The position numbers were made by a program, and so were the translations under genes. Positions 26,790-39,489 of a DNA stretch of 64,000 nucleotides are shown piece by piece. The stretch spans positions 33,744,843-33,808,842 of the forward strand of contig NC_068983.1 in the NCBI RefSeq assembly GCF_001194135.2, read 5' to 3'. The notes under the pieces are model-generated. The model saw only the letters and a program-made list of their open reading frames with translations, was not told the origin of the DNA and made no database searches. Source of the stretch: Octopus bimaculoides (taxonomy: Eukaryota). The stretch's first letter is position 1, and each line of letters starts with the position of its first letter.

Positions 26790-27503
26790 TTTCTGTAGAG
26801 ATATTCAGTTACACAGTTTTCTCTTTTCTTAAAATATCTCTTCAATGACTATTTTGTTTGTTTATTATTCTGCGAGCTAATTGCGAATTACATCCCGCTG
26901 GTTACAGTAGTAAAGTTAACCACGTAAAGAAACTAGTAAGAGCTAAAATAAAATTTTCAGTGCGATTTATTTCGATATATTTCAAATCGGTGACCAGGGA
27001 CAGAATGTGAGCTGCCGATACTACGGCTCATTAAAAGGTTCTTCATTGACTTAGGTAAACTGTACCCTAGCTTTTAGCTGCCCAACTTATTTTAGCAAAT
27101 CAACAACACTTTATGAGACTTTTCTTTTTCATACTTAAGTAAACATATAATCAATACGGATAAATTCTAGTGGAGCGGACATAATATTTCATATTTCCCT
27201 TGAAAAATATTATTCAGATTTTCGTGGCAATAGATAGTGTTCTGTCGCTTTAGGTCTATGACGTAATGCATGATCTATTCATGAACATTTAAAATTTTAT
27301 GAAATATCTCCATGGTGATATGCTGTGTCCTCACTAGCCTCTGAGAAGTCTACGGTGATCCTGATCCATAAGTTGGAAACCACTGACTCAGACATTTGTA
27401 GTATTTTCAAGACATCAAAAAAATACGCTCCTCAACAACAGGTTGTGATGCACAATAACGGATTGTTAACCAAAGTTTTCTAAGCCTCGCTTTAGACTCT
27501 CAC

Positions 27504-27594
27504 CGTTTTGATGGAATCGTAGAGACGCTTTCATGGCGTACAGCATGTTTAGGTCATATTTTAGTCCTGACAGAGGGAACACGTCCCTCCACAA
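27504..27594 (-). CDS. Putative exon C (91 nt)
   Basis: ctgtgattacag| ... AACG|gtgaga. The only open frame is LWRDVFPLSGLKYDLNMLYAMKASLRFHQN. Confidence 0.45.
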
Positions 27595-27769
27595 CTGTAA
27601 TCACAGAGGATTTCTTTTACTAAACATATAGAGAAAATGAAAGTGAGATATACATAAAAAAATCAACATCTGTACACTGCAAATTCTTTATCTATTGATC
27701 TTGAAAGATTGAAAATAAAACATGAGCTCGAAGGGAGTTGAACTTATGCCGTAAATCCTGGACGCTTAC

Positions 27770-27816
27770 TGCAAAGCAATCAAACCGATACTTTAAAATT
27801 TCAACCACTTGGCCAC
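27770..27816 (-). CDS. Putative exon B (47 nt)
   Basis: gattttag| ... GCA|gtaagc. The only open frame is (S)GQVVEILKYRFDCFA, phase-compatible on both sides. Confidence 0.45.
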
Positions 27817-28217
27817 CTAAAATCATTTTACTCTCCCTAAGCAAACAGATCGTTGTATTTATGAACAAGATGTATATTTCTCAACTAGACATAAAATTTA
27901 TCGTGAAATATTAAAAAAAGTCAACATAATGAGCAAGCAGAAATATTGTATGCTAGATTTCACGCCTTTGCTGGGAAACTATCTATTCTTAAAAAATGGC
28001 TTCTATCAGGTCAACTAAACTAAAATTTTATAAAGAAATGCCTTTTTCAGTATCTCATCTATATATTGATATTAGGTCTCTTGCAATGTTATAATACTGC
28101 ATAAGATTCAATACAAAAACACACTTTGGCTTAGAGCAAGGAATCAAAACGTCCTAAAATTGAAGGCCACATTAGATAATGTAACAACAGATGCTGTAAA
28201 CTACTTGATACTCTCAC

Positions 28218-28309
28218 TCAGACTGCCTTTAGTCATAGATCTATTCGATGAGGTCTGATCTGGAGTTAAGCAACAACGAATTCGACAAGCAAAAATATAT
28301 TTCACGAAC
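28218..28309 (-). CDS. Putative exon A (92 nt)
   Basis: ttcgatctttag| ... CTGA|gtgaga. The only open frame is FVKYIFACRIRCCLTPDQTSSNRSMTKGSL. Confidence 0.4.
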
Positions 28310-28949
28310 CTAAAGATCGAATATAATGGGAATCGATTTGTCTATTTTTGACACGGAAATAAGTATAAAACCTTTGATATTTCGACTATATGTGAGTCTG
28401 CTTGATAGGCAGTCAAATTAATGATGTACACATCTTTAATAACATTTACTATGGTGAAAGAGCAATTTTAATTTAGAATCAAAGCCTTCGTTGTAAACAT
28501 GGTGTAGTAGGAAATTTCACGCAACTTAATGTTGTATAACGATATTTTCCGAATTTCAATCTATTAAAATTAATGAGAAATAGAATATTTCTCACTAAGC
28601 AACCAGAGCACATCTTTGCTAATACATTAACAAGTTGTAATGAAGATTTAAACTCGCAGCTAAGACATAAGTGAAGTACATCAGATGAAACAAGGAACTT
28701 GATTCCTTTCCAATATTTGATGATATGCAACATCGATTTAATTTAAAAGAAACATGATGTGAATATTACAATATTGATTTTGTTTGACTTGGCATAAATT
28801 CCTTATAATTTTGAACTGAAGAGAATCTAGAAGTTCTGCTGATCATGCATTTAAAAATAGTATTAACAGCGGCGCAGGATGTAAAACTACTTCGATACAA
28901 ATATAAAACTCTGTTAACTTTTTGGCTTCTATCTCAACAGAATGATATA

Positions 28950-29010
28950 ATCTGCTGAGGTCAAATTTCACTTTCCTACCTCAGGGGTTGATAAAACAAA
29001 AACACTAAGA
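28950..29010 (+). mobile_element. SINE family A, degenerate core
   Basis: gaggtcaaatttcactttcctacctcaggggttgataaaa resembles the gaggtcgactttgcc...ggggtcgataaa core. Confidence 0.45.
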
Positions 29011-29194
29011 TAACATCGGTCTCGATATAATCGTTAATATACCTCCGTCCAATTCAAAACGTTTTTTTTTTTTTAGAAGACATTAGTATTAAAAACCACA
29101 TCAAATAATTGAGTCAAAGGAAGCATAGAGTTTTGTTTGTTTGTTTGTTTGTTTGTTTGCGTGTATTTGTTTGTTTGTGCGTGTGTATTCGTGC

Positions 29195-29297
<103 letters not shown>

Positions 29298-29846
29298 CAT
29301 GTTTGCGCGCGCGCTTGTGCGTGGGTGAGTATTTCTAGATAAACAAAATACCCTGAGTGGATGTTCAAAGTGGGTGAATTTATAACATGGATATCTGTCT
29401 AAAATCCAATAAAATCTGCTATTCTCAACTGGTTACAGTTCACGTTTATATGTAATAGTCAAACGTCTAGTGAAATTTTTGAAAAGTTAACTCGCAGTGA
29501 ATCCCATTCTCCATTGGTAGTAGGTTACACGAAAGAATTCAATGAAATCAGCAAATTAAAGAATAACTAAAAGTCTTTTGTGTGATTGCAATGAATTTCG
29601 GGTGACATTATCAAAGATGTGTAAACATGCACAAAAACGTAACTCGTTATGATGACATAAACCATCCACTCGACGAACCAATGGGAATCATGTGTACGGG
29701 TCATTGAACTACAAGTAAGAACAGTTATAGCTCAAATCCCTAAGCATTATGCTTCCGAAAAGCCAACCACGAGATGATAACGATGAAATGGCAGATGGAT
29801 GACTTTTACATATAAATGTCGACAGACAACTTACAGACAGGACAAT

Positions 29847-29978
29847 TGTGTGGTATGGTGCAGATTGCTGTTGCCAGACATAGGATGCTCCAGCAGCCAC
29901 CCTTTTGACCCAGGGCAGCGCCACCTCCTCCAGGCACTTGATGCAGGCCTCCGTGTTGATATTGAGGCCGTGTGGGAA
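29847..29978 (-). mobile_element. Tc1/mariner-superfamily transposase fragment (catalytic region)
   Basis: FPHGLNINTEACIKCLEEVALPWVKRVAAGASYVWQQQSAPYHT, corresponding to the family motif QQDSAPxH. Confidence 0.9.
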
Positions 29979-30729
29979 ATGTCTGTCGGCGAATTGTCTG
30001 TCGACGAATTGTCTGCGCACACGATGAAACACCTTTCATAATTTAATTGTATCTAAAACACCACCACCACCACCACCACCAGTGCCCTTCTACGCTCCTG
30101 TTACTCTTAAATGTAAGCAAGACAGATACCCCTACCCAACAAAAACAGAAAACAAACAATCCTCTCAATCTGTATAATGATTAACAACTCCAGACCTACG
30201 ATTGTATGGAGATGTTATCTTCCATATAATGACATCAAAAACAAGCTATAAATATATTATTCAAAATGATATGAATATAGATGAATAATTAGGTAATTGA
30301 AATATGAATTGAGTGGAACTGAAAGGAAACAAGAAATAACAATGAGACACGTTACATATCGATATCCGGCCATTTAAACCAACAAAATATGAGAACACGT
30401 AAACTGATAAACACGCACATTCAAACACACTCTCTCCCCTACATCCATATAAAACAAACTATATACATGTGTGAGTACTTTTGTGTGTGTGAGTGCTAGT
30501 GTGTGTGTGTGCATGTGTGTGTGTGTGCATGTGTGTGTGTGTGTGTATGTATGCGTGCGTGCGTGTCTGTGTCCATAAGTCTCTGTTTATGTATATACTA
30601 AGATTGATCAAAAAGTGTCAGAACTGTTGTCCCGATACTTACCAAGCAGGATATAGTCGGTTCGCAGAAATTGACCCTAACCTATGTTGCGCATGCCCAC
30701 CAAGTAACAACGTTCTTGCTCACTTGTGT

Positions 30730-30917
30730 TATTTGCAGCAGTGCTTGAAAGTAAATTGCGTCGAGTGCAGCCGTCGCATGCGTCCAGTGAGCGCCAACCA
30801 CATTATACACATTCAGCGAACATTAAGCAGCTGTTTTTGGTTAAGCACAACTTCATGCAGGTTCGCCATCCTCCATATTCCCTAGATCTCGTCCCTTACA
30901 ACATTTTACTCTTCAAA
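30730..30917 (+). mobile_element. mariner-type transposase C-terminal fragment
   Basis: KQLFLVKHNFMQVRHPPYSLDLVPYNILLFK corresponds to the HPPYSPDLAPxDFxLF motif. Confidence 0.85.
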
Positions 30918-31164
30918 AATCAAATGCCACCAATTCCAGACCACATTCTATGTGTTTTACTTCTAAGTCTTTTGTTGCCAAGGCAACAGTTCCGATATTT
31001 ATGAGCGCTCCCCGTATTTATAAACATTTTTGCAATGTGTACGCATATAATTTGAGTATGTTAGTCAATGTCTGATTTGGTTTTAGTTTTTTTCTATTTG
31101 CGGATATATAAAAGAGGGATTGATTAGCCTAGAAACAAGTAACAATCTGCCACAGTAAATATCG

Positions 31165-31205
<41 letters not shown>

Positions 31206-31247
31206 AGTATACACCCACATACACAGACACATACACACACACATTTA

Positions 31248-31470
31248 CAAGGTGTGTAGGGTATTTTAGGACATAGCTTTTTTGGTCATTGCTGAGTTCT
31301 TGCTTACTCTGTATCAGCTTCGTTTCAGAAAATAATAATGGCAGACCCTCAGCTACTCAACAAATGAAGAGGCACGCTGTTATTGTGGTTTGTAAAGGCT
31401 AAGCATAGCGATTTAGAAATATATCGATTTTTTAAAAGTCGCCAGATCTTTCGTCTACAAAATACGACGA
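31248..31470 (+). mobile_element. Tc1/mariner-type element 5' end with N-terminal HTH start
   Basis: TA followed by caaggtgtg, then frameshifted MADPQL..QMKRHAVIV..KAKHSDLEIYRF.KVARSFVYKIRR. Confidence 0.7.
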
Positions 31471-31479
31471 CATGGATGG

Positions 31480-31483
31480 ATAG

Positions 31484-31545
<62 letters not shown>

Positions 31546-32080
31546 GCTTGACTGTGTTGGGGTGGTGCGTCTAATGTCACAATATGCTACGCCTTTGCAA
31601 CCATCGAAAAATACACAAAGCATATACATTTGTATATGTATTTAACAATAATTATTATACAAAAACTGATTTTACTTCATATGCAAATTTTCTCTTAGGC
31701 ATGCAATTTCCGGACATACCAGCTCATGATTTTACAAGCCATGAGCATATAAGTCGTTGAACTGTCTAGCTTACTCACCTTCAACCCAGGCGGGTAGGTG
31801 GTGTTGATAAGCCTCAAAAATGACGAAAAATCGATGTCCATCACTGCCAGATGGGATTGAGGGTGTGTTATCTCGCCTGTCCTCGGCTCTAAGGTGTTTT
31901 AACACCGGGACATGAGAGTTATATACTCCGCTACGCCAATGCAGCCACCGAAAAATACACAAACCATATACATTAGTGTATGTATTTAACAATATTTATT
32001 ACACTAGAGTTGCTTTTACTTNNNNNNNNNNNNNNNNNNNNNNNNNNNNNNNNNNNNNNNNNNNNNNNNNNNNNNNNNNN

Positions 32081-32153
<73 letters not shown>

Positions 32154-32245
32154 CTCTGACTGAGCGTATTTTGACATTAGACGTACCACCCCAACACAAT
32201 CAGGCATCTACCTATCTATCTATCTATCTATCTATATATCTATCT
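31480..32245. mobile_element. Inverted-repeat element bounded by (GATA)n on the left and (TATC)n on the right
   Basis: 48-bp arms at 31541-31588 and 32163-32210 with 5 mismatches. Internal ~90-bp direct repeat at about 31585-31675 and 31930-32020. Confidence 0.8.
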
Positions 32246-33695
32246 AAAGACAGAGTGAGAAATTTATAGACAGCCATATAGAGAATATTCTGTATGTCAT
32301 AGGATTGGAAGTTAGCATAATTCCAAGTCACCCAAAGTATGACGACAGGACGACATTTGCGTTCTGGATGTATCGAAATAAATCAATAGAAAACTTCTTC
32401 AAGTAAATGTTTTTTTTTTCTTTTTACTCTTAATTGTTAACTTCTTTGTTATCGTTTTGTCTTTCAGTAGAATCAATGGAATCTGATTAGCTGTTGCGTT
32501 TGCTGACGTTCACTTCGACTGTCATTCATGCGTTCGTTTCGTATTTTTATTTTTATTTTTATTTTTTTGCTAGTTACTTGCGTTTCATATTTTGTTTGTT
32601 TGTTTCACATTCAATTCTTGACTATCACCAACAGATTGCCACACTGTCACGAGTTTCTCCGTCTTCTTTGTTTAGATGTATTTATGTGGCTTTCTAATGT
32701 AGTTTCTTTTTTTTTATGTTTTGCGAATCGATTTTGTATAGCATGCATTTTCTTTCTTTCTGTCTTTCTTTCTTTCTTTCTTCCTCTCTCTCTTCCTTCC
32801 TCTCTTTCACTCTCATTCGCCTCTCCTATCTTTCTGTCGATGACTATATCGTTTCCTATATATGTTTATACACACATACATAAACGCATATGTAAGCATT
32901 TAAATACTTATCTGTATATATGTGAAAGTTTACCTGTTCTCTCTCCCTCGTGCGTGTGTGCTTGGACTATATTGTTTGCAGTCTTGTTTACTTTATGCAC
33001 TATTGTTTATATTATTTTATCGTTATTTATTTAATTTGCTTATTTATTACTTATCTATTTATTTACATTTTGGTATATTTATATGTTAGTCGAGATTGCT
33101 TGTTGATAATATTCCTCTAATCACCTCTCGTCTTGTTATTTTCAGCATACTCTCCTGTTCCTTGTTTGCTTTTCTTCGCGTTACTGTTGTTGATATTATT
33201 GATATTAATGTACTCTTTGTTTCGTTTTTTTTTTCTGACTTATCGTTTTCTCCTTTTCTTCCAATTCTTTTCATTTCATTTCAAAGTTTCAGCTCAGAGC
33301 TGCGGCCATGCTGATGCACCACCGTATTATTTATTATAAACTTTCCACAAAACGCTACTGTCGTCGCCATTTCACGCGTGATCTAGCATTTCTGAATACA
33401 TGAGGTCGATGCAGAGAAACGGCGTGGAATCACGCTGTAATTTCACATCTTGAGTTGATCAAACTTATATGTATTCGTAATAATAAAGGTACAAAATTAG
33501 GTACATAATAATCACACATACAAGCATTCACATACACACATATACTCACAGAATTGAAACGCTGATGTTTTTCACCCCTTCCTTCATTATTCATCTATCA
33601 CCCCTTCCCTTCTGTCATTTCTATTACTTTCTCTCACTCCGTTTCAGTCAGGGTTTTTACTTTCACTACTTCTCCTTCACTGATTTACTATTAAT

Positions 33696-33730
<35 letters not shown>

Positions 33731-34373
33731 NNNNNNNNNNNNNNNNNNNNNNNNNNNNNNNNNNNNNNNNNNNNNNNNNNNNNNNNNNNNNNNNNNNNNN
33801 NNNNNNNNNNNNNNNNNNNNNNNNNNNNNNNNNNNNNNNNNNNNNNNNNNNNNNNNNNNNNNNNNNNNNNNNNNNNNNNNNNNNNNNNNNNNNNNNNNNN
33901 NNNNNNNNNNNNNNNNNNNNNNNNNNNNNNNNNNNNNNNNNNNNNNNNNNNNNNNNNNNNNNNNNNNNNNNNNNNNNNNNNNNNNNNNNNNNNNNNNNNN
34001 NNNNNNNNNNNNNNNNNNNNNNNNNNNNNNNNNNNNNNNNNNNNNNNNNNNNNNNNNNNNNNNNNNNNNNNNNNNNNNNNNNNNNNNNNNNNNNNNNNNN
34101 NNNNNNNNNNNNNNNNNNNNNNNNNNNNNNNNNNNNNNNNNNNNNNNNNNNNNNNNNNNNNNNNNNNNNNNNNNNNNNNNNNNNNNNNNNNNNNNNNNNN
34201 NNNNNNNNNNNNNNNNNNNNNNNNNNNNNNNNNNNNNNNNNNNNNNNNNNNNNNNNNNNNNNNNNNNNNNNNNNNNNNNNNNNNNNNNNNNNNNNNNNNN
34301 NNNNNNNNNNNNNNNNNNNNNNNNNNNNNNNNNNNNNNNNNNNNNNNNNNNNNNNNNNNNNNNNNNNNNNNNN

Positions 34374-34417
<44 letters not shown>

Positions 34418-34429
34418 GATGTATCCAGC

Positions 34430-34900
34430 AAATTACTCATCGACAAAAACCATAGAAATTCAAGCTCCAGAATTATCGAAGTCCAAGGACTGAAACAATG
34501 GAAACAGAATAATTACTGCATTGATCTAAAAAATAAATATCTCTAGGAAAATCTAAGAAAAGGAGGAGATCTATGGACAACTGCTTCGAAACCTCTAGCT
34601 TCTATCTCTAGACTATGAATTCATACCAATAATTGGAGCACTAGGTTTTGTTAGTAAATGCTTAAAATAGAATCTGGATAAACTGGGATTTTCAGAAAGA
34701 GAAATCGATCGGCTAATTTGTACGTTACAAGTGCAATCTGTGAGTGGAACAGTAAAAATATGCAAGACTTTTCTCAAGCTCCAAATGAGAACTTGCATGT
34801 GTTAACTACATCCCAAAGATGGAGCCTTGTGTCTTTGTTGGAAACCGGCTCCCTCTTCAGTGGAAGATTTATAATAGTTAACAAAAATAGAAGAGACATA
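34430..34900 (+). mobile_element. REL-endonuclease LINE 3' end
   Basis: Broken frames give YGQLLRNL..YEFIPII.GALGFVSKCLK*NLDKLGFSEREIDRLICTLQVQSVSGTVKICKTF. Same family as 46400-46985. Confidence 0.85.
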
Positions 34901-34936
34901 CATGCGCACATGCATACATACACACAGACATATATC

Positions 34937-35230
34937 TGGCACTCCGTCGCTCACGACGATGATAGTTCCAGTTGATCCGATCAACAAGATTAACGAGCAA
35001 GTGGCTAAGCACTCCACAGACAGGCGTACCTTTTGACACACTTCTCAGGGACGTTCGGAATGACTCAGAGTCTGACAATACAGGTACTACTCCATTTTTG
35101 CCAGCCGAGTGGACTAATGCAACGTAAAATATAGTGTCTTGTTTAAGGAAGCAAGGCGCCGCTGGGAATCGATCTTGCGACCCTACGATCGCGAGCCGAA
35201 TGTCCTAACCACTAAGCCACGCGCCTTCAC
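34937..35230 (-). mobile_element. Near full-length tRNA-headed SINE, family B
   Basis: Head gtgaaggcgcgTGGCTTAGTGGttagg with A box and a GATCGATTCC B-box variant, followed by the body and 3' end ..gacggagtgcca. Confidence 0.9.
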
Positions 35231-36309
35231 AAACATACATACGTACATAGATACAAGCATACATACACACATACATACAAATATACAGATATACACACAC
35301 GTACACATGTGCGGGAGCGCACACACACACACATTAATGTATTTTTATGTCCTGTTATAATAAAAACAATTTTACATCAACCTAAAAGGTTACTCTATAT
35401 TTTTATACAGTAACAAAGTGTTGTTTAATGAGGATATTATTGGCAGTGACTTCGAAGTGCCGGCTAGTTGAGCCATAGAGAAGAGTGAGTGAGAGAGAGC
35501 GAGGACGAAGAGGAGAGAGAGAGAAAACGAAAGAAAGAGAGAGAAAGTGAGTGAGAGAGAGAGAGAGAGAGATAGAGAGAGAGAGAACAAAAGTAAATCT
35601 TGTGTTGATACGTGTACAACTTGCATATATATCTCGGCCATTTACATACATTTTTTGTTATCAGTCTTTTCAGATCTTGAATATTTTTAAGAGCAACGTT
35701 TAGCAGAGTAATCACCTTTTTTAAATAGTGAGAGAATGTTAAAGCTGACAGAGAATCTCAATTTGCGTTTTATTGTTTATGGATGTGTAAGCATATGTGT
35801 ATGTGTATGTCTGCGTGTTTGTGTTTGTGTGTGTTAAGTGTGTGTGCATGTGATAGTCAGAGAAAACACATTTTTCTTATTTACTTCACTGAAGGAACAT
35901 GTAAAAAGAAAATGACTTAATGAAGTTATTGCAATGACGTTAAATAACGATAATATCACAACTGAAAATCTTTAAACGGCACAGTTTACGTTCTTGGCAA
36001 TTGAATTTTCTATTCCACCCGTGTACCTCAGCAGATTACATGTGGTTGGTTCGTAGATCATATTGCTGATAACGTCTTAAAACATTAATAATGAAGTACT
36101 ATTACCTTCACTGAAATGCTTTAGTTTTAGTATACATTAAGTTACTGTTAAAAAGTAATTTTCCGCTGTGCATTACTAGTTTTGAAAGAAATTATGGAGG
36201 CAAACCAAACTTTTTCATGATTTCACATTCAAACTTAATACATACATATAATCATGCATATATGCACACAAATTGAAGACCCCTGGTTTAAAGATGAATG
36301 TGATCGACT

Positions 36310-36430
36310 TCTGAGCAAAAGGTATTGTGTTCAATTCGTGGACCGGTTGACGAGGTTTGTCTTTGAGTAAGACACTTTATTTCACGTTGCTACTGTTGAC
36401 ACAGTTATAACGAGTACTAGCTGAATGCTG
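36310..36430 (+). mobile_element. SINE family B fragment
   Basis: gttcaattcgtggaccgg...ttgagtaagacactttatttcacgttgct. Confidence 0.75.
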
Positions 36431-36479
36431 GTAAATCGTCCCTTTTTGACTACTACATCCTGGATACTTCGCTAAGTAA

Positions 36480-37030
36480 TGAGTGAGTGGGGGAAGCAGA
36501 AGGTGTTTATATCTGCTGTAACTACATTGACACCTAAAACAATTAGTGAAAGCACGCTACATGTTACCAAACAATATCTACCAGTGGTAGCTAGTTGTAC
36601 TATATACTTACAAATATTTTCAGATACTAAAATTCCCATGAAAAAGATATCTATTTCCAAGTGTGGAAACTTGTTTGTGTGTGAATACGTTTTTTTATTC
36701 ATTAGGAGAGACTATAGTAGAATAATAATGGCTTCCTAGCTTTCATGACAGTTGACTGACTCTAAGGATTTGACTTCCTATACATCCGTCTCTCAGGGAG
36801 ACCAGTTTCAACATAGAATACTAGAAATCGATGATATCAAATTGGATAAGTCTGCAGGCTTCCTTGGTGTAGAGGATAAATTTACAAACAATGGCTAACT
36901 TTTAGTGGGCATAATTAGGGTAGAAAATGTAGTTTGATTTGTACTCCCTAGAGGTAACATACAATAATACACAAGGTGAAGCGCATGGAAAGATGATCCT
37001 CTCTTTAGTAGAGTCGCAGATTCATTAATA
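36480..37030 (-). mobile_element. Highly decayed Penelope-like RT fragment
   Basis: Frameshifted TLIMPTK..AIVCKFIL, RLIQFDIIDF, MKARKPLLFYY and FFMGILVSENICKY (MGSxxxAExC). Confidence 0.7.
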
Positions 37031-38274
37031 GTAGCAGACTCCTTAGTTTTAGCTGCAATCTATAGGTTAACTAGCTGTTTTTCCCGGTTTCACTCGGGCA
37101 GTGTGGTGGATTTGGTTAAAGGTTATTTCCTATGTATATTTTGAATAATAAAAAGAACTAAAAATAAAAAAAAAATAAAAAAGACAAAAAAAGTAAGAAC
37201 AACCCCAAAACAATACGATGCTAAGGATTTTGCGGGTCGATATTGTAAAACTAACTTCACGTGTGTACCCATAGCCCCATGTAGTCACGGAACCTTATTT
37301 GTGGTATAACCTCGCCTTAAAAGAAAAATATATGGTAGTGCGGTTGTTGTATTGACAACACAAGAATGTTAATCGAAACTATTCAAGATCAATCANNNNN
37401 NNNNNNNNNNNNNNNNNNNNNNNNNNNNNNNNNNNNNNNNNNNNNNNNNNNNNNNNNNNNNNNNNNNNNNNNNNNNNNNNNNNNNNNNNNNNNNNNNNNN
37501 NNNNNNNNNNNNNNNNNNNNNNNNNNNNNNNNNNNNNNNNNNNNNNNNNNNNNNNNNNNGTAAGCCATAGCTTTTTTTTTTTTTAATGCACAAAAAATTG
37601 AAATTATTTTTTTTCTGTGCCTCTGATTAAAATTTTCGAAAAACAAACCCAACCACATTACTTGGAAAAAAATAATCTTTATTGTGCTAGTTTTTCGTAA
37701 AATTTCACGCCTGGGAAAGGCAACAAAATCGCCCCTCCCCACTTTGAATGGGATATTCCTATCTTAAAAAGTAATAATCGATTATCTCGGTAACCATGGG
37801 AGTTGGAGGGCAATAAAAATCTCCTGAATAAGAGCGGACCATGCTGCCGCTCTGTGCTGAATTTCACGGAATTCCACTGCACCATTCTCGAGTGAATCTG
37901 CCGACACTCAATCAATCAATCAATCAATCAAGCAAGCAATCAAGAACACTGGAATTTATAGTATAGATAATCAGAAATGCCGCCTCCTAAACAGTAGACA
38001 ATTGATGCCGAGAAAAGCAGCTTCAAGTGGTTATGCACTGTAGTTATTTAAAGACGCTTTTCTCTCTGCTTTATATTTAGATTAAATATTTCGAGACGTA
38101 TGTTTCTTATAAACATTTTCTTTATGCGGATATAATGGATTTGAACCCGAAGTTAGCCGCGGTAGACACATACAACATAGACTAGTGGCAAGTTTTGTTT
38201 GGATCCAGGGTAAATTAATAACTTTCATATCTATCTCAGTGACTCACAACAGATCTCCCAACACTTTGCTTTCA

Positions 38275-38309
<35 letters not shown>

Positions 38310-38317
38310 CATCATTA

Positions 38318-38348
<31 letters not shown>

Positions 38349-38365
38349 TATTATTATTATCATAA
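38275..38365. repeat. (TTA)n / (TAA)n array
   Basis: Further arrays at 38533-38609, 39940-40015 and 56205-56460. Confidence 0.97.
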
Positions 38366-38528
38366 TGCAGTAGTCTTCCGTTTATCACGTGCTTTCACTG
38401 CACTACCGAGCGCAGCTCTGTGAGCATTGGCTATATGTTGTGGTTTGTTTTAGTGCTATTTTCGCTATATTGAAAGTGTTGCGTAGTATGTGTGCAGTGC
38501 CTAAGAGTGTTGTATTCTGTATGCAATA
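38366..38528 (-). mobile_element. R4/Dong-like LINE 3' end, copy 1
   Basis: IQNTTLLGTAHILRNTFNI plus a 3' UTR ending in (TAA)n. Confidence 0.85.
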
Positions 38529-38539
38529 TGTCATTATTA

Positions 38540-38576
<37 letters not shown>

Positions 38577-38609
38577 ATTATTATTATTATTATTATCATT
38601 ATTATTATT

Positions 38610-38753
38610 CAGTAGTTTCATCTTTATGACGTGCTTTCACTTCCCTACCGAGCGCAGCTCTGTGTGCCTTGGGTATGTGATGTGGTTTACTGTGATGCTC
38701 TTATGGCAACTGTATTGAAAATGTCTTGCGTAGGATGTGTGCAGTGCCCAAAG
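38610..38753 (-). mobile_element. R4/Dong-like LINE 3' end, copy 2
   Basis: LGTAHILRKTFSI. The 3' UTR shares gtgctttcact..ctaccgagcgcagctctgtg with copy 1 and ends in (TAA)n. Confidence 0.85.
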
Positions 38754-38754
38754 C

Positions 38755-39480
38755 TCACACCTTATTTTGCTGGGTATGATGGAAAGTGTCAACTGTCCAC
38801 AGCCAGCAAACTAAGGTGACACTTGTTTACTGATCATACTTCAAGAAGTCTGTGAAGAACTTTTGTAGTTCCAAGAAATGCTGATTTTTGTAAGTGTACT
38901 ACCTTCATACTTGCACCAATCCCTTTTAGCCATATTGGTGGCTGAGTGCTGACACTTCCAAGTGCACCAATTACCATTGGTATCACGTCTATTCTCTTCA
39001 CTGGCGAAAACCTTCGTAATTCCCACTTCAAATCGTCATAGTTACTTATTGTTTCTTCGTCTTTCACATAGATCCTGTTGTCACTGGGGCATGCTATTTC
39101 AATTATCATACACGTCCCTTCTCTTTTATTCATCACAATAACGTCCAGTTTCTGATGTCTGGTCGTGTAATCGCACTGGATCATTGCATGTCACAGGAAT
39201 TTGCAATTCTCATTTTCGGTGACTCCTTCTGGAATTTTCTCATACCACTTCTTCGCTCTTTGTAGGCCGTGATTTTCACATTCTTGCCACATCGTCATGG
39301 TGTCTTTGTATTTGCGTTGTGCCAATTTCGGTCATTCGCTAACGATGTGCCATACCGTTTCACCCCTCTCACTAAACATTCTACATTTGTCACTACCTGT
39401 AGCGTTGTCCATTCTGCATTTCATATAGTTTTATACAACGACAAAACAATGCACGTGATAACATTTCCAATCAGTTAAAA
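38755..39480 (-). mobile_element. R4/Dong-like LINE, copy 3 (zinc knuckle and REL endonuclease)
   Basis: KCRMFSERGETVWHIVSE*PKLAQRKYK, then ORF 38834-39184: LDVIVMNKREGTCMIIEIACPSD..K..YDDLKWEL..VIPMVIGALG..LQKSAFLGTTKVLHRLLEV. Confidence 0.93.
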
Positions 39481-39489
39481 TAAAAAAAG

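Noticed and set aside
35160-35230. tRNA gene
   Set aside because: The A/B boxes belong to a SINE head that continues into a SINE body, and no acceptor stem or cloverleaf closes. The same applies to the other SINE heads.
36609-36650. Apparent minus-strand exon with a strong gtaagt donor
   Set aside because: It lies within the decayed PLE RT (the MGSxxxAE motif region), so the splice signal is fortuitous.
39180-39340. In-frame TGA at a Cys position of the R4/Dong zinc knuckle (possible selenocysteine)
   Set aside because: The same copy has TGA at a Trp position plus frameshifts and deletions. Ordinary decay explains it, and no SECIS was recognised.
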